Positions 1 through 11,275 of a DNA stretch of 64,000 nt are shown in pieces. The stretch is from Myxococcota bacterium (GTDB taxonomy: Bacteria; Myxococcota_A; Polyangia; Nannocystales; Nannocystaceae), in NCBI GenBank assembly GCA_039028615.1, contig JBCCHT010000001.1, positions 608,001-672,000 of the forward strand. The letters run 5' to 3'. A program made the position numbers and the translations under genes. The notes below the pieces were generated by a model. The model was given only the letters and a program-made list of their open reading frames with translations, was not told where the DNA came from and did no database searches. Numbering within the stretch: the stretch's first letter is position 1; each line of letters opens with the position of its first letter.

Positions 1-126
1 TTCGTCGCCGTCTCGCCCTCTCGGACGATCAGGCGCACCCTACGAACCTCGCCAATGGGATTGCGCGCGATCACGGTAGCGGGGCGGAAAACGGGAAGAG
101 GGTTCTCGAGGACGACGGAGCGGGAC

Positions 127-1131
127 TCAGTCCTCGGGTCGGTAGAGGTAGCCTTGGTGCTGATAGAGGCAGACGAAGCCGCCGCCCTCGCCTCGCGCTC
201 GATCGAGCGCGGCGTCGACCAGCTGCAGGAGGTCTTGGAGCGAGTGCGTGTCTTTGTTCGGGAAGAACGACACGCCGACGCTCACCGACGGACGCAGATC
301 GGGCAGCTCGGCCACCCGGATCTTGCGAACGTCTCGGGCCACCCGCTCCGCCACCGCCAAGGCGCCGGGGAAGTGGGTATTGGGCAGCACCAGGATGTAG
401 CCGCGCTCGTCGGCGCGATAGACCAGGTCGATCTTGCGCACGCTGCTGTCGATGACTTCGCGCAGCGCGGCGATGAGCTCGGTGGTGGTCTCGGCCGACG
501 CTCCCTGGCTCACCTGGTCGTAGCGATCGATCTCGACCCGCAGGCAGGTCAGCGGATCGCTGTAGCGCTCGGCTCGGTCGAACTCTTCTTCGAGGCGACG
601 GCGGAACGCAGGATCGTTGCGATCGATCTCGCCCCGCGGGCTGGCGTCCCCCGTGGCTCCAGAGCGGGCCCCCGCGGCCGCGGCCTGAACGGGCGAGGCA
701 CTCGCGGCCGAGTCGGTCCCCGTGCTCGCCACCACCCGACGCGTGCGCAGCAACGCTTCGACGCGGGCTCGCAGCTCGTCGGCGTCGTAGGGCTTGCCGA
801 GATAGTCGTCCGCCCCCGATCGGAGCCCCTCGACCCGGGCGTTGACCGAGTTGCGAGTGCTCACCATGATCACGGGGAGATACGTGGACTGAGTCTTGGC
901 CTTGAGGATGCGACACGTCTCGAGCCCGGTGAGGCGAGGCATGACGACATCGAGCAAGACGAGATCGGGTCGCTCACGCGCAAACACTTCGAGCGCGTGC
1001 TGACCGTCGAGAGCTTCGACGACCTCATAGCCGGCCTCCGAGAGCGCTTGGCGCGCGGACGCTCGTTCGGCGTCGGAATCATCGGCAACCAGGACCTTGG
1101 CCGGTACAGTCTGCGGTGGAGACGCGTTCAC
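127..1131 (-). CDS. Response regulator, REC + degenerate GGDEF domain (PleD-like)
   Basis: REC motifs VLVADD, LLDVVMP and GKP; C-terminal GGDEF fold with RADERGY in place of RYGGDEF; RKID at the I-site position. Confidence 0.85.
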   Translation of the reverse strand: MNASPPQTVPAKVLVADDSDAERASARQALSEAGYEVVEALDGQHALEVFARERPDLVLLDVVMPRLTGLETCRILKAKTQSTYLPVIMVSTRNSVNARVEGLRSGADDYLGKPYDADELRARVEALLRTRRVVASTGTDSAASASPVQAAAAGARSGATGDASPRGEIDRNDPAFRRRLEEEFDRAERYSDPLTCLRVEIDRYDQVSQGASAETTTELIAALREVIDSSVRKIDLVYRADERGYILVLPNTHFPGALAVAERVARDVRKIRVAELPDLRPSVSVGVSFFPNKDTHSLQDLLQLVDAALDRARGEGGGFVCLYQHQGYLYRPED

Positions 1132-1330
1132 GTGTCTGCCGTAGTATGCCCGTTGTCAGCGCCCAGGGGCAGGCACGGCGCGAAGGCGCCTCACGGGCCA
1201 GGATGGGGCGCAGCGGGGCCGCCGCATGCGCAGCCCCACGGGGCAACCGGACGGCAGCAGCGGGGCCTGAATGGGCTCCAGGGGGACCGGCTTGACACAC
1301 CATGGGGCCTGGCGTAAGGCTCCCGCCCCC

Positions 1331-1765
1331 ATGGCCACGTCGTACCCAAAGCCCGCCGAAATTGACCGGCAGTGGTGGGTTGTCGATCTCGCGGGAGCCA
1401 CGCTTGGTCGTGCTGCTACCCAGATCGCCACGCTGCTCCGAGGCAAGCACAAGCCCATCTTCACTCCGCACCTGGACGCCGGCGATTTCGTGGTGGTGGT
1501 CAACGCCGACAAGGTCAAGCTGAGCGGCCGCAAGCTCGACCAGAAGGAATACCACCGCTTTACCGGCTTCATCGGCAACATGAAGCACATGACCGCGCGC
1601 GAGCTCCTCGAGAAGAAGCCCGAGGAGATCATCAAGCAGGCGGTTCGTCGCATGCTTCCCCGCAACTCGCTGGGCCGCACCACCTTCAAGAAGCTCAAGG
1701 TCTACGCGGGCGAAGATCACCCGCACAAGGCCCAGAACCCGCAGACCTACGAGCTGCGATCCTGA
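1331..1765 (+). CDS. rplM: 50S ribosomal protein L13
   Basis: [30 protein letters not shown] and KLKVYAG..HPH.AQ motifs; start moved to ATG 1331. Confidence 0.98.
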   Translation: MATSYPKPAEIDRQWWVVDLAGATLGRAATQIATLLRGKHKPIFTPHLDAGDFVVVVNADKVKLSGRKLDQKEYHRFTGFIGNMKHMTARELLEKKPEEIIKQAVRRMLPRNSLGRTTFKKLKVYAGEDHPHKAQNPQTYELRS

Positions 1766-1781
1766 GATCCGGACGTACCCG

Positions 1782-2180
1782 ATGGCCACCGATACGATGA
1801 AGTTCTACGCGACGGGACGCCGCAAGACGGCGGTTGCTCGCATTTGGATGTTTGGCGGTGAAGGCAACATCACCATCAACAAACGCGATGCCGAGCAGTA
1901 CCTCACTCGCGCCACGAACCTGAAGATCGTCGAGCAGCCGCTGATCTCGACCGGCGCGTCCGACAAGTACGACGTGTGGTGCACCGCCCGTGGTGGTGGT
2001 CTGTCGGGCCAGGCGGGTGCCATCCGCTTGGGCATCGCCCGCGCCCTCCTTCGCGTGAGCGAGGAGTACCGTGAGGCCCTCAAGGGCTCCGGCTACCTCA
2101 CCCGCGACGCTCGCAAGAAAGAGCGCAAGAAGTACGGCCGCAAGGGCGCTCGCGCTCGCTTCCAGTTCAGCAAGCGATAG
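1782..2180 (+). CDS. rpsI: 30S ribosomal protein S9
   Basis: YATGRRKTAVAR, GGGLSGQAGA and the C-terminus RKKYG..ARARFQFSKR; follows rplM. Confidence 0.98.
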   Translation: MATDTMKFYATGRRKTAVARIWMFGGEGNITINKRDAEQYLTRATNLKIVEQPLISTGASDKYDVWCTARGGGLSGQAGAIRLGIARALLRVSEEYREALKGSGYLTRDARKKERKKYGRKGARARFQFSKR

Positions 2181-2209
2181 TCGGCTCGCCTCGCATCGAG
2201 GCAGCGAAC

Positions 2210-2247
2210 AAAGAGCGTGGCTCTCCGGTCGGAGGCCACGCTCTTTT
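2210..2247 (+). terminator. Intrinsic terminator of rplM-rpsI
   Basis: Stem AAAGAGCGTGGC / GCCACGCTCTTT with inner CTCC/GGAG pairing, ending in a T-run. Confidence 0.8.
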
Positions 2248-2360
2248 GCGTGGGGCGGCCCGTGGGCCTCGCACTCCGGCCTCGGAGCGGATCATGCGCC
2301 GGAGCAAAACATGTCAGAAGGGTGCGATCTTCACGCGCATCCTGGTAGTCTTTGTCAGGA

Positions 2361-4319
2361 ATGCAAGCTTGGAGGGGTTTCGTTACGGCGCTGGTCCTGA
2401 CCGCGCTCGCCGGATGTGGCCGCACCGATTTCACCGTGTCCGTGAGCGGAGGCGGCGATGGAGGCACGACCGGGAGTCCTTCGGGGGCCGACGAGACGCT
2501 GACCGAGGGCGCCCCCGTGACCACCGTCCCGCCTCCGACGGCGACGGTCACCATCGGGGACACGGAGACCGAGGGGCTGCCGCCCGATCCCCCTCCCCCG
2601 CCACCCGCCTGCACGATCGATCTCGAGTGCGACACGCCCGATCCCTGCCTGGTCGGCCGCTGTGAAGGGGGTCTGTGCGTCGAGATCCCGCGCGATCTCG
2701 ACGACGACGGCTTCCCGCCCCTGCAGTGCGGCGGCAACGACTGCAACGATCTCAACCCCAATACCTTCCCCGGGGCGACCGAGGACTGCTTCGACGGCGA
2801 CGACAACGACTGCAACGGCGTCGCCGACTGCTTCGACCCCGCCTGCGACGGCGTGCCCGACTGCGGCTGTACGCCCTCTCCCGGCGGCGAGAGCTGCCAA
2901 AACGGGGACGACGACGACTGCGACACCTTCGTCGACTGCAACGATCCCGACTGCATCGGCACCCCGGCGTGCGGCTGCGCGGCGGCGGAAGGGGGCCTGT
3001 GCGTCAACGGCTTCGACGACGACTGCGACGGCGCGATCGACTGTGATGATCCCGACTGCCTGGGCGATCCCACCTGCACGTGCATGGGCGAGGACGAGGT
3101 CTGCGAGGACGGCACGGACAACGACTGCGATCTCCTCGTCGACTGTGCCGATCCCGACTGCGAGGGCATCTTCCCCTGCACCTGCCTGGGCCCACCCACG
3201 GCCGAGATCTGCGACGACGGGATCGACAACGACTGCGACGAGCTCGTCGACTGTGCGGACACCGACTGCCTGCTGTCGGGGGCCTGCGACATGTGCTCGC
3301 CCGAGCAGTGCGCCAACGGGACCGACGACGACTGCGATGGGCTGATCGACTGCGCCGACGATGCCTGCATCTTCGACCCGGGCTGCGCCCCGACCCCCGA
3401 GATCTGCAACAACGGCCTCGACGACGATTTCGACGGGGCGATCGACTGTGATGATTCCGACTGCGTCGCGGTGCCGATCTGCAGCCAGAGCCAGTCCACC
3501 TGCGAGACGGCGGCGTCGATCTTCGGCAGCGGCACCTTCTTCGGCGAGACCACGGGCAACCCCAACAACACCGAGGGCACCTGTGGCGGCGGCGCGGGCG
3601 AGGCCGTGTTCCGGCTCGTCATCAACGAGCCGTCGCTGGTGGTGCTGACCTCGATCGGCACCGCCTTCGACTCGGTGCTCTACGTGCGGCGCGGCTCCTG
3701 TGCCCAGGGGCAGGAGATCGCCTGCGACGACGACAGCGGCGGCATGTGGGCGGCCTTCATCGAGTTCACCCTGCTGCAGCCGGGCAACTACTACGTGTTC
3801 CTCGATGGCTACACCATCGACCCGCTCGGCGGCCCCAACGAGGGTCCGTGGCAGTTCAACGTGGAGATCACGCCGAACCCGCCCGAGATCTGCGACGACG
3901 TCATCGACAACGACGGCGACATCTATGCCGACTGCGGCGACCCGGATTGCGTAGACGCACCCAACTGCGCCGGGTGTGTGGGCGGGGCCGATCCCACCGC
4001 CGAGTTCGGCACCGGTCGCTGCACCGATGGCATCGACAACGACTGCGACGGGACCATCGACTGCGAGGACGAGGACTGCAGCGCGAGTGACTTCTACCTC
4101 ACGGAGTGCTGCAACGCGTTCGACGACAACGGCAACGGGGTCCCCGACGACTTCAACTGTCGCTGCAACAACGACTCCGAGTGCGACGGGGGCCAGATCT
4201 GCTACGGCCACACGTCCAACACCTGCGGACTGCCCTGCAACGCGTTCTTCGGCAACATCTGCCCCTTCGTGGCGGCCGGCTCCGTGTGCAACGCGGCCAC
4301 CGAACAGTGCGAGTTCTAA
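2361..4319 (+). CDS. Cys/Asp-rich lipoprotein with MopE-like putative metal-binding repeats and a PPC-like beta-sandwich
   Basis: Lipobox LAGC; about 11 EICDDGxDNDCDGxxDCxDPDC repeats; FDSVLYVR..EIACDDD..GNYYVFLDG domain. Confidence 0.8.
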   Translation: MQAWRGFVTALVLTALAGCGRTDFTVSVSGGGDGGTTGSPSGADETLTEGAPVTTVPPPTATVTIGDTETEGLPPDPPPPPPACTIDLECDTPDPCLVGRCEGGLCVEIPRDLDDDGFPPLQCGGNDCNDLNPNTFPGATEDCFDGDDNDCNGVADCFDPACDGVPDCGCTPSPGGESCQNGDDDDCDTFVDCNDPDCIGTPACGCAAAEGGLCVNGFDDDCDGAIDCDDPDCLGDPTCTCMGEDEVCEDGTDNDCDLLVDCADPDCEGIFPCTCLGPPTAEICDDGIDNDCDELVDCADTDCLLSGACDMCSPEQCANGTDDDCDGLIDCADDACIFDPGCAPTPEICNNGLDDDFDGAIDCDDSDCVAVPICSQSQSTCETAASIFGSGTFFGETTGNPNNTEGTCGGGAGEAVFRLVINEPSLVVLTSIGTAFDSVLYVRRGSCAQGQEIACDDDSGGMWAAFIEFTLLQPGNYYVFLDGYTIDPLGGPNEGPWQFNVEITPNPPEICDDVIDNDGDIYADCGDPDCVDAPNCAGCVGGADPTAEFGTGRCTDGIDNDCDGTIDCEDEDCSASDFYLTECCNAFDDNGNGVPDDFNCRCNNDSECDGGQICYGHTSNTCGLPCNAFFGNICPFVAAGSVCNAATEQCEF

Positions 4320-4384
4320 CGGACGGGCGCCCCGGCCCCGCTCGCGGCTGACACACAGGCCCGGCCCCGATACCCTCGCGCCGC

Positions 4385-6550
4385 ATGCCCTCCTCCTCGA
4401 CCCGGGCCTCCGCCCCCGCCGTGCTCGCCGCCTTGGTGGGGCTCGTGGCCGTGGCGTGGCTGGTGCCTGGCTTGGGCGACTACGGGCTGTGGAGCGACGT
4501 CGAGCTGCCCGCCATGGACCGAGTCCGGGCCGCGCTCGGGGCAGCCATGAGCGACCTCGAGCGGCACCCCTGGCTGCCCGAGCTGCTGCGCACGAAAAGC
4601 TACGCCCAGTTCGAGGGTGAGTTCGGTCTCCGGCTGCCGCACGCCCTGGCCGCCGCCGCGCTGGTCGCCATGAGCACGGGCCTGGCCCGCGCCCGGGGAG
4701 CCACGCTCGGTGTGTCGCTGCTCGCGGGGGCCTTCGCGCTGGCCTTCCCCGCCGTCGCGGTGGCGGGACGCACCACCCTGGGCAACCCGATCGGCGAGGT
4801 CCTGGCCACGGGCGCGGTGCTCAGCGGCCTGATCGCGCTGCGCACCGACGGCACGGCGCGGGCGCTGAGCTGGGCCGTCGCCTCCGCGAGCCTGCTCGCC
4901 GTGTCGATCGCCAGCGCGGGCCTGGCCATCGGCGGTGCCCTGCCCTTGGCCGTGCTCGCGGCCGCCAGCTCGCTGGGCGAGCCCAGCCGCCGCTCCACCC
5001 GGCTGACGATCCTGCTATCGCTGGCAGCCGCGGTCGCGCTGGGCCTGGCCATTCGACTCTCGCTCGACCAGGGCGACGGCTACATCCCCGTCCTGGGGGC
5101 AGCCAAAGATCTCGACCTCATCGACAAGCCGGAGAACCGTCGCTTCGCCTCGAGCCTCGAGGACCTCGGCTACATCCTCTACCCCTGGGGCCCCGTCGCC
5201 ATCGCGGGCGCCCTGCTCGGTCGTCGCGACCGCCTCCCTGCCCTGTGGATGGGCCTGGGCGTCGTGCTGGTGAGCGGCTGGAGCCTCGTCTACGGCGGAC
5301 CGCAGCCGCTGCCCATCACCGTCCCCGCTGCCCTGTGCTGCGTGGCCTTGGCGGAGTGGATGCTCGACGAACGCACCGATCGCAACGCCCGTCGGGCCGC
5401 GCTGGCGGTGGTGGTGCTCGCGATGCTGGTGATCCGCAAGGACGGCGAGAGCACCCCCGGTCGCGTCTCGGTGCCGCTGCACGCCTTCGAGGGCGAGCAC
5501 ACCTTCCCCGCCGACCGTGTCGAGGCTCCCGAGCGCCTGAAGGCAATCGGCGGCATCGCGCTGCTCGCCCTGCTCGGCGCGGCCCTGCTCACCCCGCCCG
5601 GAGGCCCCCTGCGGCGCCGAGACGAGCTTTTGGCCCGGCTGCCCGAGCGCCTGCGCCAGGGTGCTCCGCTCGGCCTGCTCGCTGCGGCGGCGCTCTTCGG
5701 CGGGCATGGCTACGCGCACCAGCTGATCCCGCAGATCTGCGATTTTCTCTCGCCGCGGGCCCTGCTCGATCACCACCGCGCGCTGGTCGACCAAGGGCAC
5801 GTCATCGCCCAGCTCGGCAACCATCGCGTGCGCGACGAAGGCCTCGCTCAGTACGGCCCCGGCGACGTCATCTCGATCTCCAGCCGCCGCGAGCTGGCCA
5901 AGTACCTGGCCGCCGACGAGGGCCGGGCCGCCATCATCCGCGACCGCGACCTGCCGCCGCTGTTCCAAAACCACCGCCAGAACGACTGGCCGCTGTACGT
6001 GCTGAGCGATCGGCACTCGCACCTCCGCCTCGTCTCCAACCGGCTCCCCGAGGGCGCGCAGAACTTCGACCGCATCCCCGAGGTGCTCTTCGACGAGCCG
6101 CCGCCGCTGGCCCACCCCACGCTGCTGCGCTTCGAGAACTACATCGAGATCATCGGCTGGGAGGTCACCGATCCCATCGTGCGGGGCCAAGAGGTCGAGA
6201 TGCAGCTGGCCATTCGCGTGCTGCGGGCGCTGCCTGGCGGCACCAAGCTGTACGCGCGCTTCCTGATGGACCGGACCAGCCGGCTCAACACCGACCCGCA
6301 CGACCTCACCGACGACGTCTACCCGCCCAACCTGTGGCGCGAGGGCGACTTCATCCTGCACCGCTTCACCTTCAAGGCGCCGCTGCTCGAGATTCAGCCC
6401 GGCCCGCACGAGCTGGTGCTGGGCCTGCGGCGCGGCGAGAAGCAGAACTTCGACATCTCGATCCCCGAGGGCAAGAAGGGCGAGCACGGCGTTCGGGTTC
6501 GGGACAAGAAGCGGAACTTCGCCCGGATCGGCGCGGTCGAGGTCTGGTGA
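4385..6550 (+). CDS. Polytopic membrane protein, GT-C/ArnT-PMT-like glycosyltransferase candidate
   Basis: GLWSDVE after the first TM helix; more than 10 hydrophobic segments; C-terminal soluble domain YPPNLWREGD..PGPHELVLGL. Confidence 0.6.
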   Translation: MPSSSTRASAPAVLAALVGLVAVAWLVPGLGDYGLWSDVELPAMDRVRAALGAAMSDLERHPWLPELLRTKSYAQFEGEFGLRLPHALAAAALVAMSTGLARARGATLGVSLLAGAFALAFPAVAVAGRTTLGNPIGEVLATGAVLSGLIALRTDGTARALSWAVASASLLAVSIASAGLAIGGALPLAVLAAASSLGEPSRRSTRLTILLSLAAAVALGLAIRLSLDQGDGYIPVLGAAKDLDLIDKPENRRFASSLEDLGYILYPWGPVAIAGALLGRRDRLPALWMGLGVVLVSGWSLVYGGPQPLPITVPAALCCVALAEWMLDERTDRNARRAALAVVVLAMLVIRKDGESTPGRVSVPLHAFEGEHTFPADRVEAPERLKAIGGIALLALLGAALLTPPGGPLRRRDELLARLPERLRQGAPLGLLAAAALFGGHGYAHQLIPQICDFLSPRALLDHHRALVDQGHVIAQLGNHRVRDEGLAQYGPGDVISISSRRELAKYLAADEGRAAIIRDRDLPPLFQNHRQNDWPLYVLSDRHSHLRLVSNRLPEGAQNFDRIPEVLFDEPPPLAHPTLLRFENYIEIIGWEVTDPIVRGQEVEMQLAIRVLRALPGGTKLYARFLMDRTSRLNTDPHDLTDDVYPPNLWREGDFILHRFTFKAPLLEIQPGPHELVLGLRRGEKQNFDISIPEGKKGEHGVRVRDKKRNFARIGAVEVW

Positions 6551-6585
6551 GGCCCGCGCAGCGGTTTTTTTGCTAGGGATCGGGC

Positions 6586-7113
6586 GTGACGTCCCGCCCC
6601 CGGTCCTCGTCTCGTCTGCTCCTGGCCGCCTTCGCGGCGGGCGTCGCTACCCTGGTGGCCGCCTGCAAGCCCGGGCCGCCCCCGCCGACCGCTCCCAGCC
6701 CGCTCGTCCAGAAGGAGCTGCCCAAGTTCTCGCGGGCGCCCCTGGCCGGGCCCAAGGTCGACACCGAGGCCCTGCGCGGGCAGGTGGTCGTCATCAAGTT
6801 CTTCGCCAAGTACTGCGAGCCCTGCAAGCGCACGCTGCCCGCCGCCGAGGCCTTGCACCGCAAGCACCCCGACGTCGCCTTCGTCGGCATCTCCGAGGAC
6901 GAGTACGCCACCGATGCCCAGTCGCTGGTGCAGGCCTACGGCCTGTCGTTCCCCGTCATCCACGACCAGGGCAACGTGCTCGCGGGGCGCTTCCGCGTCA
7001 GTGAGATGCCCGTGACCTTCGTGGTCGACGGCCAGGGCGTCGTGCAGTGGGTCGGCGGACCCGGCCAGGGCGAAAAAGACCTCGAAGCCGCCATCGCGGC
7101 CTTCAGCGGCTAA
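6586..7113 (+). CDS. TlpA/ResA-like thioredoxin-fold lipoprotein
   Basis: FFAKYCEPCK (CxxC), MPVTFVVD cis-Pro loop, lipobox VAAC. Confidence 0.88.
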   Translation: MTSRPRSSSRLLLAAFAAGVATLVAACKPGPPPPTAPSPLVQKELPKFSRAPLAGPKVDTEALRGQVVVIKFFAKYCEPCKRTLPAAEALHRKHPDVAFVGISEDEYATDAQSLVQAYGLSFPVIHDQGNVLAGRFRVSEMPVTFVVDGQGVVQWVGGPGQGEKDLEAAIAAFSG

Positions 7114-7958
7114 GCGTCTTCATCCGCGGCCTTGGGCTTGCCCGGCGAGCGAGCGAAGAACTCCCGCAGGATCTTCTGCTCCACTCGCCCGCGCATTCGG
7201 GCGAGCACGACGAAGCGCACCGTCAGCTCGATGCGGTCGGGCGCCACGATCTGGATCCACACCCGAGGCACCGCCGAGGGCGGCTCGATGTGGCGAGCCC
7301 GAGCCATCTCGCCCAGCGCCGCTTCGGCCGGGGCTCGAAACTCCTCCGTCTCCTCCCGCGTCACCGCGAGCAGGCGCTCCTCGGTCGCCTTCACGTCGGC
7401 TTCGTCGCTCACCGGAACCACGAAGGTGTGGAACACGAACTCCTTGGCGAACGACTCGTTGGCGAAGGACTGGGTGAGGAACACGCTATTGGGCAGCACC
7501 ACCACGCGCCCGGTCGCCTGGTGAATCGAGGTGCCGGGTCCGATCTCGAGCAGCGTGGTCGTCAGCGCGCCGATGTCGATCACGTCCCCGCGCACGCCCG
7601 CGATCTCGATGCGGTCCCCGACCTTGAGGTAGCCGTTGCTCGTCCGCAGCACGGAGCCCGTGATGCAGGTGATGAGTTCCTTGGTCGCGAGCACCAACGC
7701 CGCGGCCAGGGCGATCATCGAGACGGCCACGCCTCGGATCTGGTCGGCCCAGATCACGCCCACGCCGGCCAGGAAGATGGCGATGGCGACGTTGCGCAGG
7801 ACGATCCGCCACCGTCGGCGAATCTCCATCGGCAGCTCGGCCGCCCGTAGCTGACGCAGGGCGGTCGCGCGCAGCAGCACGACGAGCAGCAGCAGCGTGG
7901 CCGTGGAGGCCACCGCCGCCAGCGTCGTCCCTTCAAGGTTCTCGAGGAATTGCTGCAC
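7110..7958 (-). CDS. Small-conductance mechanosensitive channel, MscS family
   Basis: Three TM helices followed by KVGDRIEI.G.RGDV.DIG and VVLPNS motifs. Confidence 0.88.
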   Translation of the reverse strand: MQQFLENLEGTTLAAVASTATLLLLVVLLRATALRQLRAAELPMEIRRRWRIVLRNVAIAIFLAGVGVIWADQIRGVAVSMIALAAALVLATKELITCITGSVLRTSNGYLKVGDRIEIAGVRGDVIDIGALTTTLLEIGPGTSIHQATGRVVVLPNSVFLTQSFANESFAKEFVFHTFVVPVSDEADVKATEERLLAVTREETEEFRAPAEAALGEMARARHIEPPSAVPRVWIQIVAPDRIELTVRFVVLARMRGRVEQKILREFFARSPGKPKAADEDA

Positions 7959-7997
7959 GGTCGCACTGCGGGCGGCCGGTGTCGACCGCCCGGAGGG

Positions 7998-8771
7998 TCA
8001 GTTGCTCGGAGCGCAGCCGCAGACGCCCGAAGTCACGATGCACTCGGTGTCTTCGAGCTCGGTGCACGGCGTGCCCGAGTCACAGCTGGGGCACTCGACG
8101 CAGGCAGCCGACGACCCGTCGCCCGCCACGGCATACACGTGCACGGAGAAGCCCGACGCCGTCGGTCGCTCACAGCAGAAACTCCGTCCTTCGGCGGTAT
8201 CGACCTGCTCGGTCCCGCTGGAGCAGCCGCCGTCGGTGGTGCACCCCGGCTGCGCGCCGACTGCACATCCCGGGTCGCTGTCGGGACGGCACCAGCCGTC
8301 CTCCTCCTCCTGCTCCTCTTTCCGAGTCTCGGCCTCGGCGCTCTCTGCCTCCTGCTCGAGCGTGCGGGTGCAGGTGAACCCGGCCCCACAGGCCGCGTCG
8401 CCATCGCAAGGTTCGTTCTGGATCTCGTTGCCGATGCACGCCGCCGTGCCCGACGCCGCATCGACGGCGACGAGGTCGGTCCCCGAAGGACAGCAGTAGC
8501 AGTCCTGCGGGTTGTCGAGGCTACACACCGAGGTCAGGAAGTTGTCGCAGGTGCCGTCCCCGTTCGTGGAGCAGCCTTCCTGCTGGCCGACGGCGCACTG
8601 GCCATCGTCACGGCACAGCCCGACCTGCGAGTTGTGCACCGTCTTGACGCAGGTGTAGGCGCCCAAGCAGTCGTCGTTGGATTCGCAAGGCGCGTTGGCC
8701 AGGGCGTCGTCCAGCGAGCAGCTGAACGAAGCGGCCAGCGCGAGTCCGATGAGGGCAACGAAGCGCAACAT
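7998..8771 (-). CDS. Cys-rich lipoprotein, hypothetical
   Basis: GGAGG RBS, signal peptide ending SFSC, many paired Cys. Confidence 0.7.
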   Translation of the reverse strand: MLRFVALIGLALAASFSCSLDDALANAPCESNDDCLGAYTCVKTVHNSQVGLCRDDGQCAVGQQEGCSTNGDGTCDNFLTSVCSLDNPQDCYCCPSGTDLVAVDAASGTAACIGNEIQNEPCDGDAACGAGFTCTRTLEQEAESAEAETRKEEQEEEDGWCRPDSDPGCAVGAQPGCTTDGGCSSGTEQVDTAEGRSFCCERPTASGFSVHVYAVAGDGSSAACVECPSCDSGTPCTELEDTECIVTSGVCGCAPSN

Positions 8772-8785
8772 GATCGCAAAGCCTC

Positions 8786-9982
8786 CTAGAATCGCCCCTG
8801 GACGGTGAAGCCGGCCATGCCGGGCAGCCACGCGGGGCCGAAGGCCATGGCGTGGCGCGCCTTGAGGTTCTTGGTCCGAATGCCGCCCCAGATGGCCATA
8901 CCGAGCCCGGCCGCCGCGACCCCGGCCCCGACGTAGGTCAGGGTGAGCCCGGTCCGGGCCCCGCTGATGTTGGACTGTCGATCGGGAGAGACGGTGTCGT
9001 TGCCGACCTCGGCCGACAGCGAGTCTCGGTTCGAGCTGAACATCCGCGCGCCGACGCCCAGGACCCCCAATCCGCCCAGCGCTCCGATGTAGCCGGTATA
9101 GGTGAGGATCTTGGCGTTGCGGAGCTTCTTCTCGTAGTCGGGATCGACGACCACATCGGGGCCGTTGTCCGCGCTGCCCGAAGACCCGTTCGATGCGGTG
9201 GTGCTGGCGGGCGAACTGAAGATGCGATCGATGGGCACGACCTCGACCCGAAGCAGGGCCGCACAGCCCTCGGGCGGAACGTCGTCGGAGGTGCTGGCCC
9301 CGACGCAGGCCTGACCGTCACCATCGGACTTGAGCACCTCTTGCTCGGAGCTCGAAGACGCCCCGACGCCGACGTTGTGCGTCTTGGCGGCGGCCCCGAC
9401 CTCGGCCGCGGCTCCGCTGTAGAACGAGAACGCCCCGACGGTGAGCCCGGTGATCACGTGGGTGGCGTTGTCGCAGCGGCCTTCGAGGTCGCGCTCGTTG
9501 AAGACGTTCTTGTCGGCCTCGCGACGACCGACGATGACCATGTCGACGTTCAGCTCACCCGCGCGCTCGAGCTTGGCCTCGAGGCCCGCGGCACCGACCG
9601 GCAGCTGGGCATAAAGCTCGTCGGCGTTGCTGATCTTCACCCCCTCGCGCTTCTGCGTGAGGCCGACGTATTCGTAAGCGCCGCCCACCGTGCAGGTGGT
9701 GAGCACTTCCATCTCGCAGCCCTGGTAGCGCACGGCGACCAGGCCTCGAGACGACCGTGCCTCGAGGGCAGCGCGCTCGGCGGCTGGCCACTCGACCACG
9801 AGCGGCTTGGCAGTGCTGGAGCGGACGCCGCACTTGGCCTCCCCCGTGGCGGACTCCATGGTGGGGGCCTGCGTGAGTTCGCTGGCCGCGGCGCCGGGCT
9901 TTTTGCATCCCGGTGCCAGCAGCGCGAGACAACAGCTCACGGCGAGGCCGCGACGAGCGGCGGTAGTGATGATGGGCGGCAT
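8786..9982 (-). CDS. Myxobacterial lipoprotein with C-terminal hydrophobic helices, hypothetical
   Basis: Lipobox APGC; PLVVEW..RAALE core; two Gly-rich hydrophobic helices and terminal GFTVQGRF; start uncertain. Confidence 0.7.
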   Translation of the reverse strand: MPPIITTAARRGLAVSCCLALLAPGCKKPGAAASELTQAPTMESATGEAKCGVRSSTAKPLVVEWPAAERAALEARSSRGLVAVRYQGCEMEVLTTCTVGGAYEYVGLTQKREGVKISNADELYAQLPVGAAGLEAKLERAGELNVDMVIVGRREADKNVFNERDLEGRCDNATHVITGLTVGAFSFYSGAAAEVGAAAKTHNVGVGASSSSEQEVLKSDGDGQACVGASTSDDVPPEGCAALLRVEVVPIDRIFSSPASTTASNGSSGSADNGPDVVVDPDYEKKLRNAKILTYTGYIGALGGLGVLGVGARMFSSNRDSLSAEVGNDTVSPDRQSNISGARTGLTLTYVGAGVAAAGLGMAIWGGIRTKNLKARHAMAFGPAWLPGMAGFTVQGRF

Positions 9983-10179
9983 TGGGGCGTTGCGAGGATA
10001 GACGCACCTCTGACGGACGACCAAGCCCCGCGTTGCAGCCACAGGGCCGATTTGGTGCCCAATTCGAGCCAACCCGGCCGTGAGCGCACGCAACGCCATT
10101 CGCCGCCGTTCACCGCCCCGTTCGCCAACTTGTGCCGTGCTCGCGCCAGCGAGACCATGCCGCGCAAATGCAACGCTCG

Positions 10180-11190
<1,011 letters not shown>

Positions 11191-11221
11191 CGCCTGCCGA
11201 CTTCACGCCTCTTCGAACGAG

Positions 11222-11253
11222 CGACGCCCGAGCCTCACCTGGCCCGGGCGTCG
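11222..11253. terminator. Hairpin between convergent genes
   Basis: CGACGCCCG / CGGGCGTCG stem, no T-tract. Confidence 0.45.
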
Positions 11254-11275
11254 TCGCGTTTGCCCTGCGATCGGC

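Noticed and set aside
55..1317. Long alternative-frame ORFs (e.g. 55-1317+, 2355-4211-, 29414-31972-, 34923-36863+, 55597-58509-)
   Set aside because: Shadow ORFs of high-GC genes; they lie antisense to genes with clear motifs and have no motifs of their own.
2690..4090. Regularly spaced GACGACGACTGCGAC-like DNA repeats resembling an array
   Set aside because: These are in-frame Cys/Asp protein repeats with synonymous variation; there are no unique spacers and no cas genes, so not CRISPR.
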